Positions 18,227-27,870 of a DNA stretch of 64,000 bases are shown piece by piece. Positions within the stretch are counted from its first letter, which is position 1; every line of letters starts with the position of its first letter. The stretch is from contig SVPF01000002.1 in the NCBI GenBank assembly GCA_015066005.1, positions 36,923 through 100,922 on the forward strand, written 5' to 3'. This DNA comes from Oscillospiraceae bacterium. GTDB taxonomy: Bacteria; Bacillota; Clostridia; Oscillospirales; Acutalibacteraceae. The translations under genes were made by a program, and so were the position numbers. The notes below the pieces were generated by a model, which worked only from the letters and a program-made list of their open reading frames with translations, made no database searches and was not told the origin of the DNA.

Positions 18227-19084
18227 ATGAAAACACGAATAATTTCAGGGCTTATTCTTATTTGCATAATGGGCGCTGTTTTAGCGCTTGGCTTTTTGGT
18301 AAACCCCTTGTTTATTACCGTATTGCTTGCATTGCTGGCAGCTATTGCCACCTATGAGCTTGTGCACAATGTTGCTAAAATTAACAGCAAGTCAATTAAC
18401 GTTATAGCAATGGTTTACACTGCGGTTGCGGTTGTAAACTTTGCGCTTGACGGCTTCCAAATTGGCGAATTTTTAATTACCACCTACCACATTACCGTGC
18501 TTTATGTAATTTTCGCGGTGTTCCTAACCCTTAAAAAGCACGGTCAGTTAGACCTTGGCGGTATTTTGTCCCTTTGTGTAATGCCCTTTATTATGGCTTA
18601 TGCGTTTGGCTCGCTTGAAAAAATTGCCAACTTCGGTGCAGAATATGCGCTTGAAATCGGTGGTATTTCAACTGCTACGGGAATATATTATTTACTAATG
18701 ATGCTTAATTTCTCATCCGGCTGTGACACCGGCGCTTACTTTGTTGGCGTAACAATTGGTAAGCATAAGCTTTGCCCCAATATTTCACCAAAAAAGACAG
18801 TTGAGGGTGCTATCGGCGGTATTTTAACCAGTGTTATTTTGTCCCTTGTGTTTAATTTTGCTTTCGGAATGACCGACAAGCTTATACCTACGCTTATTTT
18901 TACCGTTCCGCTCTGTATTGTTGGTATGTGCGGCGATTTGTTCGCTTCTACCATAAAGCGTTCGGTTGGTTTAAAGGACTATGGCAATTTAATTCCGGGT
19001 CACGGCGGTATACTTGACCGCTTTGATTCAATTTTAATGATTTCACCCATCTATTTAATTCTCATTTCACTTGGGGTGTTATAA
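18227..19084 (+). CDS. cdsA: Phosphatidate cytidylyltransferase
   Basis: Multi-TM protein with the C-terminal 'S..KR..G.KD.G.LIPGHGG.LDR.DS' signature. Confidence 0.9.
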   Translation: MKTRIISGLILICIMGAVLALGFLVNPLFITVLLALLAAIATYELVHNVAKINSKSINVIAMVYTAVAVVNFALDGFQIGEFLITTYHITVLYVIFAVFLTLKKHGQLDLGGILSLCVMPFIMAYAFGSLEKIANFGAEYALEIGGISTATGIYYLLMMLNFSSGCDTGAYFVGVTIGKHKLCPNISPKKTVEGAIGGILTSVILSLVFNFAFGMTDKLIPTLIFTVPLCIVGMCGDLFASTIKRSVGLKDYGNLIPGHGGILDRFDSILMISPIYLILISLGVL

Positions 19085-20220
19085 TGAAAAGCTTAGTTAT
19101 ACTTGGCTCAACTGGGTCAATTGGTACTCAGGCGCTTGAGGTTTGCCGTCGTGACGGCTATAAGGTTGAAGCCTTGGCCGCAGGCGGTAATATTGAGCTT
19201 TTGGAAGCGCAGGCACGCGAATTTAAGGTAAAGGCTGTTGCGGTTTTTAACGAGCAAAGGGCTAAAGAGCTTAAAATAAAGCTTAGTGATACTGACATTA
19301 AGGTTTTAGCCGGTGCCGACGGTGTTTGCGAATTGGCTGAAATGGAAGCCGATATTGCCCTTAACTCAATTGTGGGCATTGCAGGGCTTCGCCCAACCCT
19401 TGCCGCAATTAAAAGCGGTAAGGACATTGCCCTTGCCAATAAGGAAACCCTTGTTACAGGTGGCGATATTGTTAACCGTGCCGCAAAGGAAAAGGGTGTT
19501 AAAATTTTACCTGTCGACAGCGAGCATTCGGCAATTTTTCAGTCACTTCAGGGCGCGCCAAAGGGCAGCCTTAAAAAGATTTTGCTTACAGCCTCGGGCG
19601 GTCCGTTTTTTGGTAAAACCCGTAATGATTTAGAAAACGTTACCGTAAAAGAAGCGCTTGCCCACCCGAATTGGTCGATGGGCGCAAAAATTACCATCGA
19701 TTCTGCTACGCTTATGAATAAAGGCCTTGAGGTTATTGAGGCGGTGCATCTTTTTGGGGTCGGCGCGAACGACATTGAGGTGCTTGTTCACCGCCAAAGC
19801 ATTTTACATTCAGCGGTTGAGCTGTCGGACGGCGCAGTTATAGGTCAGCTTGGCACACCCGATATGCGCCTTCCAATACAGTATGCGCTTACCTATCCCG
19901 AAAGAAGCAATTATGCTTTTGAAAAGTTATCTCTTGCTGATATTGGTACTCTAACCTTCCAAAAGCCCGACACTGAAACCTTCAGATGCCTGCCGCTTTG
20001 TATTTCGGCCATTAACGAGGGCGGTCTTCGACCAACTGCGGTCAACGGTGCTAACGAAGAGGCGGTGCGCCTTTTCTTAGAGGGTAAGATTAAATTTTTG
20101 CAAATTGCCGAGCTTGTCGAAAAAGCGGCATATTCTGTGGAGAATAAAAAAGAATTTACTTTAGAGGATATTCTTTATACCGATAAGGCTGCCCGTATGG
20201 CAGTTTTAAACAATATTTAA
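19084..20220 (+). CDS. dxr: 1-deoxy-D-xylulose 5-phosphate reductoisomerase
   Basis: 'ILGSTGSIG', 'LANKE', 'PVDSEHSAIFQ' and 'HPNWSMG'. Confidence 0.95.
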   Translation: MKSLVILGSTGSIGTQALEVCRRDGYKVEALAAGGNIELLEAQAREFKVKAVAVFNEQRAKELKIKLSDTDIKVLAGADGVCELAEMEADIALNSIVGIAGLRPTLAAIKSGKDIALANKETLVTGGDIVNRAAKEKGVKILPVDSEHSAIFQSLQGAPKGSLKKILLTASGGPFFGKTRNDLENVTVKEALAHPNWSMGAKITIDSATLMNKGLEVIEAVHLFGVGANDIEVLVHRQSILHSAVELSDGAVIGQLGTPDMRLPIQYALTYPERSNYAFEKLSLADIGTLTFQKPDTETFRCLPLCISAINEGGLRPTAVNGANEEAVRLFLEGKIKFLQIAELVEKAAYSVENKKEFTLEDILYTDKAARMAVLNNI

Positions 20221-20227
20221 ATTTCAG

Positions 20228-21283
20228 GTGATTAAAATTACTATTTCAGAAATTTGGGGCAACGTTTGGCCCTATCTTATCGCAATTTTACTTTTTTTAA
20301 TTTTAATAGTTATTCACGAATTCGGCCATTTTATTGCCGCAAAGCTTTTGGGTGTTAAGGTAAACGAATTTGCCGTTGGCTTCGGCCCGCGGCTTTTCGG
20401 CTTTCAGGGCAAGGAAACCAAGTATTCCTTTAATCTTGTACCCTTAGGTGGTTATTGCGCAATGGAAGGCGAGGATGAGGAAAGCGGCGACAGCCGTGCC
20501 TTTTGCAACAAGGCCCCGTGGCGCAGGTTTTTAATTGTTGTTATGGGTGCAACCTTCAACCTTATTTTCGGTCTTATTTTGGTGGCAATAATTTTGGCAC
20601 CACAGCAGGTGTTTGCTTCAACCACAATTGCCGAATTCAGCGAAAATGCCGTAAGTCAGCAAAGCGGTCTTATGGTGGACGATAAAATTGTTGAAATTGA
20701 AGGCCGCAAAATTTTTGGCATTTATGATATGAACTATGCCTTTACCAATGTTGACGACGGTACACTTAATATGACGGTTGTGCGTGACGGTAAAAAGGTA
20801 GAGCTTAAAAACGTTAAGTTTGAAACCGAAAAGGAACAGGGCATAACATATTTAAAGTGGGACTTTAAGGTTTACGGTATCAAAAAAACCGTGTGTAACT
20901 ATATTAAAGAAACCTTTAATACTACAATTTCCTATTGTATGATAATTTGGCGCAGTCTTCTTGATATGCTGGCAGGTAAATACGGTATAAGCGCAATTTC
21001 GGGCCCTGTGGGTGTTACGGTCGCTATTGCCGATGCGGCAAAGCAAAGCCTTTTAAATTTACTGCCCATGATGGCGCTTATAACGGTAAACCTTGGCATA
21101 TTCAACCTTTTGCCCGTACCCGCGCTTGATGGTGGACGTTTAGTATTTATTTTATTTGAAATGATATTCCGTAAAAAAGTGCCCGAAAAATATGAATCGG
21201 TGGTACACACGGTTGGCTTTATGATTTTGATTGCCTTTATGGTACTAATTGCCGCAAAGGATATTTGGGGACTTATTTTTTAA
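20228..21283 (+). CDS. rseP: RIP (site-2) zinc metalloprotease RseP/RasP family
   Basis: 'HEFGHF' HExxH motif in TM1, an internal PDZ-like segment, and a C-terminal 'NLLP.PALDGG'. Confidence 0.88.
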   Translation: MIKITISEIWGNVWPYLIAILLFLILIVIHEFGHFIAAKLLGVKVNEFAVGFGPRLFGFQGKETKYSFNLVPLGGYCAMEGEDEESGDSRAFCNKAPWRRFLIVVMGATFNLIFGLILVAIILAPQQVFASTTIAEFSENAVSQQSGLMVDDKIVEIEGRKIFGIYDMNYAFTNVDDGTLNMTVVRDGKKVELKNVKFETEKEQGITYLKWDFKVYGIKKTVCNYIKETFNTTISYCMIIWRSLLDMLAGKYGISAISGPVGVTVAIADAAKQSLLNLLPMMALITVNLGIFNLLPVPALDGGRLVFILFEMIFRKKVPEKYESVVHTVGFMILIAFMVLIAAKDIWGLIF

Positions 21284-21293
21284 ATAAGGTGAT

Positions 21294-22352
21294 ATGATGT
21301 TATACACAAATGATATTACTAAAAAAGTTAAGGTTGGCAATATGTTTATCGGCGGCGGTGCGCCCGTAAGCGTGCAGTCAATGCTGTGCGCCGAAGCCCA
21401 CGATATTGAGGGTAATGTTGCGCAGGCTTTAAGGCTTCAGGCGGCCGGGTGTGACATTGTGCGTGTTACCGTGCCCGATAAGGAAGCTATTAAAACGGTT
21501 GAGGCGCTAAAAAACGCCATTAAAATTCCCTTGGTAGCGGATATACATTTTGATTATCGCTTAGCCATTGAAAGTGTTGCCGCAGGGGTTGACAAGGTGC
21601 GCATAAATCCGGGTAACATTGGCGGTGATGCCAATGTTAAAGCTGTGGCTGATTGCTGCAAGGCGGCAGGTGTGCCAATAAGAATCGGTGTAAATTCGGG
21701 TTCACTTGAAAAGGAAATACTTGCAAAATACGGCGGGGTAACCCCCGAAGCAATGGTTGAAAGCGGTCTTTATCACATTTCACTTTTAGAAAAGTTTGAT
21801 TTTGATGATATTGTACTGTCCTTAAAATCATCCGATACCTTTAAAATGTATAAGGCTTATGAATTGGCGGCCGAAAAGTGCCGTTACCCATTGCACCTTG
21901 GCGTTACCGAAGCAGGTACCGAAAATATGGGTGTTATAAAATCGGCGGCAGGTATTGGCGGACTATTGCTTCGCGGTATCGGTAATACCATTCGTATTTC
22001 CTTGACCGATGACCCTGTAAAAGAGGTTGAAGCAGGTATAAAGCTTTTAAAGGCAATAGGCATTAGAAATGACGGTATTAAGTTTGTTTCCTGCCCCACC
22101 TGCGGCAGAACACAAATTGATTTAATAAAAATTGCCGCTGACGCTGAAAAACGCCTTGCGAATGTAAATAAAAATATAACGGTTGCAATTATGGGCTGTG
22201 TTGTAAACGGTCCCGGTGAAGCATCTGCTGCAGATATCGGTATTGCGGGCGGAAAAGGCTGCGGTGTGCTTTTCAAAAAGGGTGAAATTATTTGCAAATT
22301 GCCTGAAGAAAAGCTGCTTGATGCTTTAATAGAAGAAATTGAAAAAATGTAA
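21294..22352 (+). CDS. ispG: 4-hydroxy-3-methylbut-2-en-1-yl diphosphate synthase
   Basis: 'VQSM', 'RINPGN' and the C-terminal Cys cluster 'SCPTCGRT ... GCVVNGPGE'. Confidence 0.95.
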   Translation: MMLYTNDITKKVKVGNMFIGGGAPVSVQSMLCAEAHDIEGNVAQALRLQAAGCDIVRVTVPDKEAIKTVEALKNAIKIPLVADIHFDYRLAIESVAAGVDKVRINPGNIGGDANVKAVADCCKAAGVPIRIGVNSGSLEKEILAKYGGVTPEAMVESGLYHISLLEKFDFDDIVLSLKSSDTFKMYKAYELAAEKCRYPLHLGVTEAGTENMGVIKSAAGIGGLLLRGIGNTIRISLTDDPVKEVEAGIKLLKAIGIRNDGIKFVSCPTCGRTQIDLIKIAADAEKRLANVNKNITVAIMGCVVNGPGEASAADIGIAGGKGCGVLFKKGEIICKLPEEKLLDALIEEIEKM

Positions 22353-22367
22353 ACGGAGTTGAAAAGG

Positions 22368-25300
22368 TTGGCTACCCCATTGTTTTGTGAAATATTCGGT
22401 GAATTTTTAAGTGAAGAATTACGCCAAAAATTTGGTGGCGCAATTCTTAAAAAATGTAAGCTTGATACCGAAAACAGAAGCCTTGCTGCAGGGCTTTATT
22501 GTGATACATATATTTCACGCACCGCTATGGGTGAAGTTACATCCGAACTTATAAAGCTTTTAAGGCTAGAAAAATGTGTAATTGAAACTGAATTTGCACC
22601 AACAGCCTTTTGTGTTGATGCAATTATAGATACTATTGATGTAATCCGTTTGAAAAATGCGGCGCTTAACGGGTACTTTAATGGGGCTGACTATAATTTA
22701 GACGGTGACGCCCTTACCATAACCTTAAAGCACGGCGGTTATAAAAAAATTGTTTCCACAAAATTTGAAGAACAGTTTATCCGTATGGTAAATAATACTT
22801 TTGCCAGGGAATGTGTTATTTGTTTTGACGGCCAGCTTGATGATGTTGAAATTGAAGTACCCGAAATTCAGGCGGCACCTCAGCCCCAAAGGGCCGAAAA
22901 AAAGGTGGAGGAAAAACCGCAAATCAAGTTTGAAAAGCGTCGCGAAAAGCCCGCAAACGGTGTGGTTTATCTTGATAATCCACAGCTTTTTTACGGCAGG
23001 CGCATTGATAACAATGTAAAGCAAATGATTGATATTTCACCCGACGATTCCTTTGTGTGCTGTTGGGGCGAGGTTTTCGGTTACGAAACCCGTAAAATCA
23101 ATACTAAGCGCGGCGAAGCGGTCATTGTTAATTTTTCAATTTCGGACTATACAAATTCAATCAGCGCTTCAATGTTTATGGACCCCAAAAGAATGGGGGA
23201 TATTTCCAACCTTAAAAACGGTAATTTTGTTTTAGTTAACGGTAATTACGAATTTGATAATTATAAAAAAGAGCATATTATAAAGCCGACTGCCTTGGCG
23301 CTTTTACAGCCCTATTTTGAAATGGATGAATATGAGGGAGAAAAGCGAATAGAGCTTCATTGCCATACCAATATGTCGGACAAGGATGCCGTTTGTCCCG
23401 CTGAGGATTTAATAAATCAGGCTTACAAATGGGGCCATAAGGCAATTGCCATTACCGACCACGGTGTTGTGCAGGCATACCCTGCGGCCGCAGGCGCGGT
23501 TAAGAAAATCCGCAAAAACGGCGGCGACTTTAAGGTAATTTACGGTGTTGAGGGTTATTTTGTTGATGATGTTAATAATGACATCACAAACCTTGCTCCC
23601 AAGCAAATTAAGCGTTACCACCAAATTATTTTGGTTAAAAATGCGGTTGGCCTTAAAAACCTATACAAATTAGTGTCCGACGCGCATATAAACAATTTTA
23701 AGGGCAGACCCTTAACCCTTCGCAGTAAGTTAGATGAGCTGCGCGAGGGCTTAATTGTAGGCTCGGCCTGTGAAGCGGGCGAGCTTTTTCAGGCAATTTT
23801 CCGCGGGGAACCCCACGAAGAGCTTTTAAGAATTGCAAGCTATTACGATTATCTTGAAATTCAGCCCCTCGGCAATAACGATTTTATGGTAAGAAAATCG
23901 ACCGAGCCTGATGAAAAGAACAAAAAGGGCGAGGTTATTCCAAACCCTTACCGCCACGTTACAAGCGTTGAAATGCTTAAGGCTTATAACCGTAAAATTG
24001 TTGAAATTGCAGATGAATTGGGAAAACCTGTTGTGGCAACGGGCGACGTTCACTTTTTAAGAAAAAGTGATGAAATTATCCGTAAAATTTTGCTTGCGGG
24101 TCAAAATTATGACGACTTTGACCACCAAGCGCCCCTTTATCTTAAAACCACCCAAGAAATGCTTGACGATTTTGCATATTTCGGTGACAGGGCAAAGGAA
24201 TTTGTTATTGATAACCCCGCCAAAATTGCCGAAATGGTAAGCGGTGATATTATTCCTGTTCCCGAAGAGAGCCATCCCCCTGTTATTGAGGGGTCGGATG
24301 ATATGCTTCGCGAAATTTGTTGGGCAAATGCCCGTAAAAAGTATGGCGAAGTGGTGCCCGAGGTGGTTGTTAAGCGCCTTGAAAAAGAGCTTAACGCAAT
24401 TATTAATAACGGCTTCTCTATAATGTATATTTCGGCGCAAAAGCTTGTGGCTTACAGTGAAGAAAACGGCTATTTGGTTGGCTCGCGTGGATCTGTAGGC
24501 TCATCCTTTGTTGCTACAATGGCCGGTATATCCGAGGTTAACCCCCTGCCGCCGCATTATGTTTGCCCCGAATGTCAGTACAGCGAATTTTTCTTAAAGG
24601 GTGAAGTGGGCTCGGGCTTTGACCTGCCTGAAAAAAAGTGCCCCCATTGTGATAAAATGCTGGTGCGCGACGGTCACGATATTCCTTTTGAAACCTTCTT
24701 AGGCTTCAAGGGTGATAAGGTGCCCGATATCGACCTTAACTTTTCGGATGAATTCCAAACTGAAGTTCAGCGCTATACCGAAGAGCTTTTCGGCAGCGAA
24801 AACGTGTTTAAGGCGGGTACAATTTCTACCATTGCCGAAAAAACCGCTTACGGCTTTGCAAAGGCCTATGCTGAAAAGAAGGGTATTACCCTTTCCAATG
24901 CTGAGCTTGACCGTTTGGCAAAGCTGGTGGAAAAAAGTAAAATTAAGGCAACAACAGGTCAGCACCCTGCAGGTATGATTGTCGTGCCGAGAAACGAAAC
25001 AATTTACGACTTTTGCCCCATTCAGTACCCTGCAAACAAGCCTGAATCGGGTGTTACTACAACCCATTTTGACTTCCATTCCATTCACGATACAATTTTG
25101 AAGCTTGACGAGCTTGGCCACGTTGTTCCTACTACATATAAATATTTAGAGGAATACACAGGCATTCCCGTTAACAACATTTCAATGAGCGACCCCAAGG
25201 TTTACAGTCTTTTCACTTCAACCGAAGCATTGGGTGTCACCCCTGAGGAAATTGAATCCAATACAGGCACCTACTGCATACCCGAATTCGGCACAGCCTT

Positions 25301-26174
25301 TGTTCGCGGAATGCTTGAGGACTGCCGCCCCAAAAATTTTGCCGACCTACTTCAAATTTCAGGTCTTTCCCACGGTACAGACGTTTACCTGGGTAACGCG
25401 AAGGATTTAATCGACAACGGCACCTGCACCATTTCTGAGGTTATCGGTACACGTGATAATATTATGGTGTACTTAATACATCAGGGTATGGAGGAAGGCC
25501 GAGCCTTCAAAATTACCGAAACGGTGCGTAAGGGCCTTATTGCCAAGGGTGCCGTACCTAAAGAGGTATGGGACGAAATGGCCGAGGATATGCGCAAGGT
25601 TAATGTGCCTGAATGGTATATTGATTCCTGCCGCAAAATTAAGTATATGTTCCCCAAAGCTCACGCCGCGGCGTATGTTATCGGTGCGCTAAGGCTTGCG
25701 TGGTACAAGGTTTACCGCCCGCTTGAATTTTACTGTGCATATTTTACCGCTCGCCCTGAAGATGTTGACGTTCCCACAATTATGGGCGGTAAGGAAGCGG
25801 TGCGCCGTTATCTGCGTGATATTAAGGCTAAGGGCAAGGATGCTACCCAAAAAGAGCTTGATGTTTACGAAAATATGCTTATATTTAATGAAATGTTCTC
25901 CCGCGGGTTAGAGGTTCTGCCAATTGATATTAACAAGTCCCATGCTATGAAATATGTGCCGGAGGATGGGAAAATGCGTTTGCCCTTCGGTGCGCTTTCG
26001 GGCGTTGGCGAAAAGGCAGCCTACGCAATTTATGAAGCGGCGCAGGCAGGTAACTATGTTTCAAAGGAAGATTTTCAGCTTGAAGCAGGCGTTTCAAAAA
26101 CAATTATACAAAATTTAAGCGACTTGGGCGCCTTTAGCGATTTACCTGACACGAACCAATTATCAATGTTTTGA
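22368..26174 (+). CDS. polC: PolC-type DNA polymerase III alpha subunit lacking the usual inserted 3'-5' exonuclease domain
   Basis: An OB fold lies before the PHP domain ('IELHCHTNMSDKDA', 'AITDHG'). The PolC zinc module 'YVCPECQYSEF..CPHCDKML', 'KVPDIDLNFS' and 'KAHAAAYV' are all present. The TTG at 22368 lies 9 nt after GGAG, whereas the track's TTG at 22359 abuts the RBS. See the finding. Confidence 0.9.
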   Translation: MATPLFCEIFGEFLSEELRQKFGGAILKKCKLDTENRSLAAGLYCDTYISRTAMGEVTSELIKLLRLEKCVIETEFAPTAFCVDAIIDTIDVIRLKNAALNGYFNGADYNLDGDALTITLKHGGYKKIVSTKFEEQFIRMVNNTFARECVICFDGQLDDVEIEVPEIQAAPQPQRAEKKVEEKPQIKFEKRREKPANGVVYLDNPQLFYGRRIDNNVKQMIDISPDDSFVCCWGEVFGYETRKINTKRGEAVIVNFSISDYTNSISASMFMDPKRMGDISNLKNGNFVLVNGNYEFDNYKKEHIIKPTALALLQPYFEMDEYEGEKRIELHCHTNMSDKDAVCPAEDLINQAYKWGHKAIAITDHGVVQAYPAAAGAVKKIRKNGGDFKVIYGVEGYFVDDVNNDITNLAPKQIKRYHQIILVKNAVGLKNLYKLVSDAHINNFKGRPLTLRSKLDELREGLIVGSACEAGELFQAIFRGEPHEELLRIASYYDYLEIQPLGNNDFMVRKSTEPDEKNKKGEVIPNPYRHVTSVEMLKAYNRKIVEIADELGKPVVATGDVHFLRKSDEIIRKILLAGQNYDDFDHQAPLYLKTTQEMLDDFAYFGDRAKEFVIDNPAKIAEMVSGDIIPVPEESHPPVIEGSDDMLREICWANARKKYGEVVPEVVVKRLEKELNAIINNGFSIMYISAQKLVAYSEENGYLVGSRGSVGSSFVATMAGISEVNPLPPHYVCPECQYSEFFLKGEVGSGFDLPEKKCPHCDKMLVRDGHDIPFETFLGFKGDKVPDIDLNFSDEFQTEVQRYTEELFGSENVFKAGTISTIAEKTAYGFAKAYAEKKGITLSNAELDRLAKLVEKSKIKATTGQHPAGMIVVPRNETIYDFCPIQYPANKPESGVTTTHFDFHSIHDTILKLDELGHVVPTTYKYLEEYTGIPVNNISMSDPKVYSLFTSTEALGVTPEEIESNTGTYCIPEFGTAFVRGMLEDCRPKNFADLLQISGLSHGTDVYLGNAKDLIDNGTCTISEVIGTRDNIMVYLIHQGMEEGRAFKITETVRKGLIAKGAVPKEVWDEMAEDMRKVNVPEWYIDSCRKIKYMFPKAHAAAYVIGALRLAWYKVYRPLEFYCAYFTARPEDVDVPTIMGGKEAVRRYLRDIKAKGKDATQKELDVYENMLIFNEMFSRGLEVLPIDINKSHAMKYVPEDGKMRLPFGALSGVGEKAAYAIYEAAQAGNYVSKEDFQLEAGVSKTIIQNLSDLGAFSDLPDTNQLSMF

Positions 26175-26180
26175 TCTTAA

Positions 26181-26217
26181 AAACAAGCCAAAATTAACTT
26201 TTTGGCTTGTTTTTTTA
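26181..26217 (+). terminator. Rho-independent terminator after polC
   Basis: AAACAAGCCAAAA-ttaac-TTTTTGGCTTGTTT followed by a T-run. Confidence 0.7.
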
Positions 26218-26257
26218 TGATATTTTAAAGAAATCTTGCAAAAATATTAAAAAAAGG

Positions 26258-26286
26258 TTGCAATTTTGTAACCTTTTTGTTATAAT
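26258..26286 (+). promoter_or_regulatory. Sigma-A-type promoter for the M23 peptidase gene
   Basis: TTGCAA, 17-nt spacer, TATAAT (26281-26286). Confidence 0.5.
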
Positions 26287-26362
26287 ACCCCTTGTAGTTG
26301 TTACAAATTGTAATTTTTTAAGAAAGGCGCTGAATTTTATTTTTAACGAACTTTGCGAAAAA

Positions 26363-27562
26363 ATGTTAAATAAAACGCAAAATTTAATAAAGTATAACAA
26401 GGTGCTTGTAAAAGTAATATCACTTGTGTTGGTTTTGGTTTTAAGCTTTGTGGTAAGCTTTGTTTCCTGTGGCATTACTTTTGGATTAACTGTTATTTAC
26501 AAGGGCAAAACCATTGGTGTTGTTAACAGCCCCAAGGTTTTTGAAAAAGCCGTTTCTTATATTGAAGATAATACCCAGCACTTTAAGGTTGCACAGGCAA
26601 TTGAAAATGCTTCTTACGGCTTTACCGTTACTCTTGCGGACAAGTTTTCAACCAAGAACGAGCTTGCCGAAGCAATTGCCGAAAATACTAAGGAAATTGC
26701 CGCCGCCAACATTTTATATGTTAACAATAAGCCCGTAGCTTATACCGACCTTAAAAATATTGACGAATTGATTGAACAGTCACGCTGCCGTTATTTTATT
26801 GACGGCGCCGAAAACAAGGCCGAATTTATTGATGACATTCGTGTTGAAAAAACCTTCTCTTACGCACCCCGTGTTGACAGTGCCGACACTGTAAAGGAAA
26901 TTATTTCGGCGCTTAATGTTAAAACAATTTCAAAGGTTTCGTTTGAATCTCCTATTGCATTTGCTACAAAGACTGTAAATACCGGTGCGCAGTACATTGG
27001 GTATTCCAAAATTACCACACCCGGCAAAAAGGGTGTTGCCGCTAAAACCGAATTGGTTGAAACCGTAAACGGTGCGGAAAGCTCACGTGAAGTACTTAAA
27101 AACGAAGTGTTGGTTCAGCCTGTCACTCAGGTTGTTTTAAAAGGTACCGCTGTTCATATGGCGAGCGCTACCGAAAAGGCTCAGGCTCAATCAGCAGGTC
27201 TTATTCTTCCTCTTAATACTTATGTTTACATCTCAGCATATTGGGGTGACGGCCGTAACCACAAGGCTATTGACTTTGCAGGCAAGCGCGGCACCGCAAT
27301 TTTTGCGGCACAAAGCGGCGTTGTTACCTGTGCAGGCTATCGCGGTAATTACGGTTATTTGGTTGAAATTGACCATGGCAACGGTCTTAGAACACGTTAT
27401 GCTCACTGTAACGCACTTTGCGTAAAGGTTGGTCAAACCGTTAAGCAGGGTCAGCAAATTGCAACAATGGGTAATACAGGCCGTTCAACAGGTGACCATC
27501 TCCATTTTGAAGTACTTAAAAATAACGTGCAGGTAAACCCCGCACCCTATATTTTTAAATAA
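26363..27562 (+). CDS. Membrane-anchored M23 family peptidoglycan metalloendopeptidase with a G5-like domain
   Basis: An N-terminal TM segment, a G5-like segment ('TTPGKKGVAAKTELVETVNG...') and the M23 motifs 'HKAIDF' and 'GDHLHFEV'. I chose the ATG at 26363 because the track's extension from 26207 overlaps the terminator and promoter. Confidence 0.85.
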   Translation: MLNKTQNLIKYNKVLVKVISLVLVLVLSFVVSFVSCGITFGLTVIYKGKTIGVVNSPKVFEKAVSYIEDNTQHFKVAQAIENASYGFTVTLADKFSTKNELAEAIAENTKEIAAANILYVNNKPVAYTDLKNIDELIEQSRCRYFIDGAENKAEFIDDIRVEKTFSYAPRVDSADTVKEIISALNVKTISKVSFESPIAFATKTVNTGAQYIGYSKITTPGKKGVAAKTELVETVNGAESSREVLKNEVLVQPVTQVVLKGTAVHMASATEKAQAQSAGLILPLNTYVYISAYWGDGRNHKAIDFAGKRGTAIFAAQSGVVTCAGYRGNYGYLVEIDHGNGLRTRYAHCNALCVKVGQTVKQGQQIATMGNTGRSTGDHLHFEVLKNNVQVNPAPYIFK

Positions 27563-27567
27563 AAATT

Positions 27568-27594
27568 AAAGCAGCCTTTAAGGCTGCTTTTTTT
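27568..27594 (+). terminator. Rho-independent terminator after the M23 gene
   Basis: AAAGCAGCCT-tta-AGGCTGCTTT followed by TTTT. Confidence 0.7.
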
Positions 27595-27601
27595 GGTAAA
27601 T

Positions 27602-27822
27602 GGGGGTTATTGCTTACGCGAGGTAATAAGTAAGAGGTAATAGTGAAGAGGTTCGGTGTCGCAACGCGACGGATTAAAATTGTTGATTTTATTAATTTAA
27701 TTGTATATTCGTAGGGGCAATCGGGGTAGCGATTTGTCACGTTTTTGCGGACAGTCCGGGAGGCCTGTCCCTACAAATTCTTAATATAGTTTGTGCTTCA
27801 TTATCCCGATAAACTATAATTT
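27602..27822 (+). repeat. Intergenic modular repeat, copy B
   Basis: Same 5' module, C-free tract, GTCGC-AAC-GCGAC hairpin and 3' end ...CGATAAACTATAATTT as the other copies. The 53 nt after that hairpin are identical to copy C. Confidence 0.75.
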
Positions 27823-27823
27823 T

Positions 27824-27857
27824 AAAAAATAAAAGAGCAGTCGGAAGACTGCTCTTT
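27824..27857 (-). terminator. Rho-independent terminator of fba
   Basis: The minus strand reads AAAGAGCAGTC-ttcc-GACTGCTCTTT followed by TATTTTTT. Confidence 0.65.
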
Positions 27858-27870
27858 AAACATTTAATAA

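Noticed and set aside
22368-26174. That the short PolC is simply a truncated or pseudogenised copy.
   Set aside because: The ORF is continuous from the N-terminal domain to the C-terminal HhH, and all other PolC motifs are intact. Only the exonuclease insert is cleanly absent. I therefore kept it as a finding, with assembly collapse still to be excluded.
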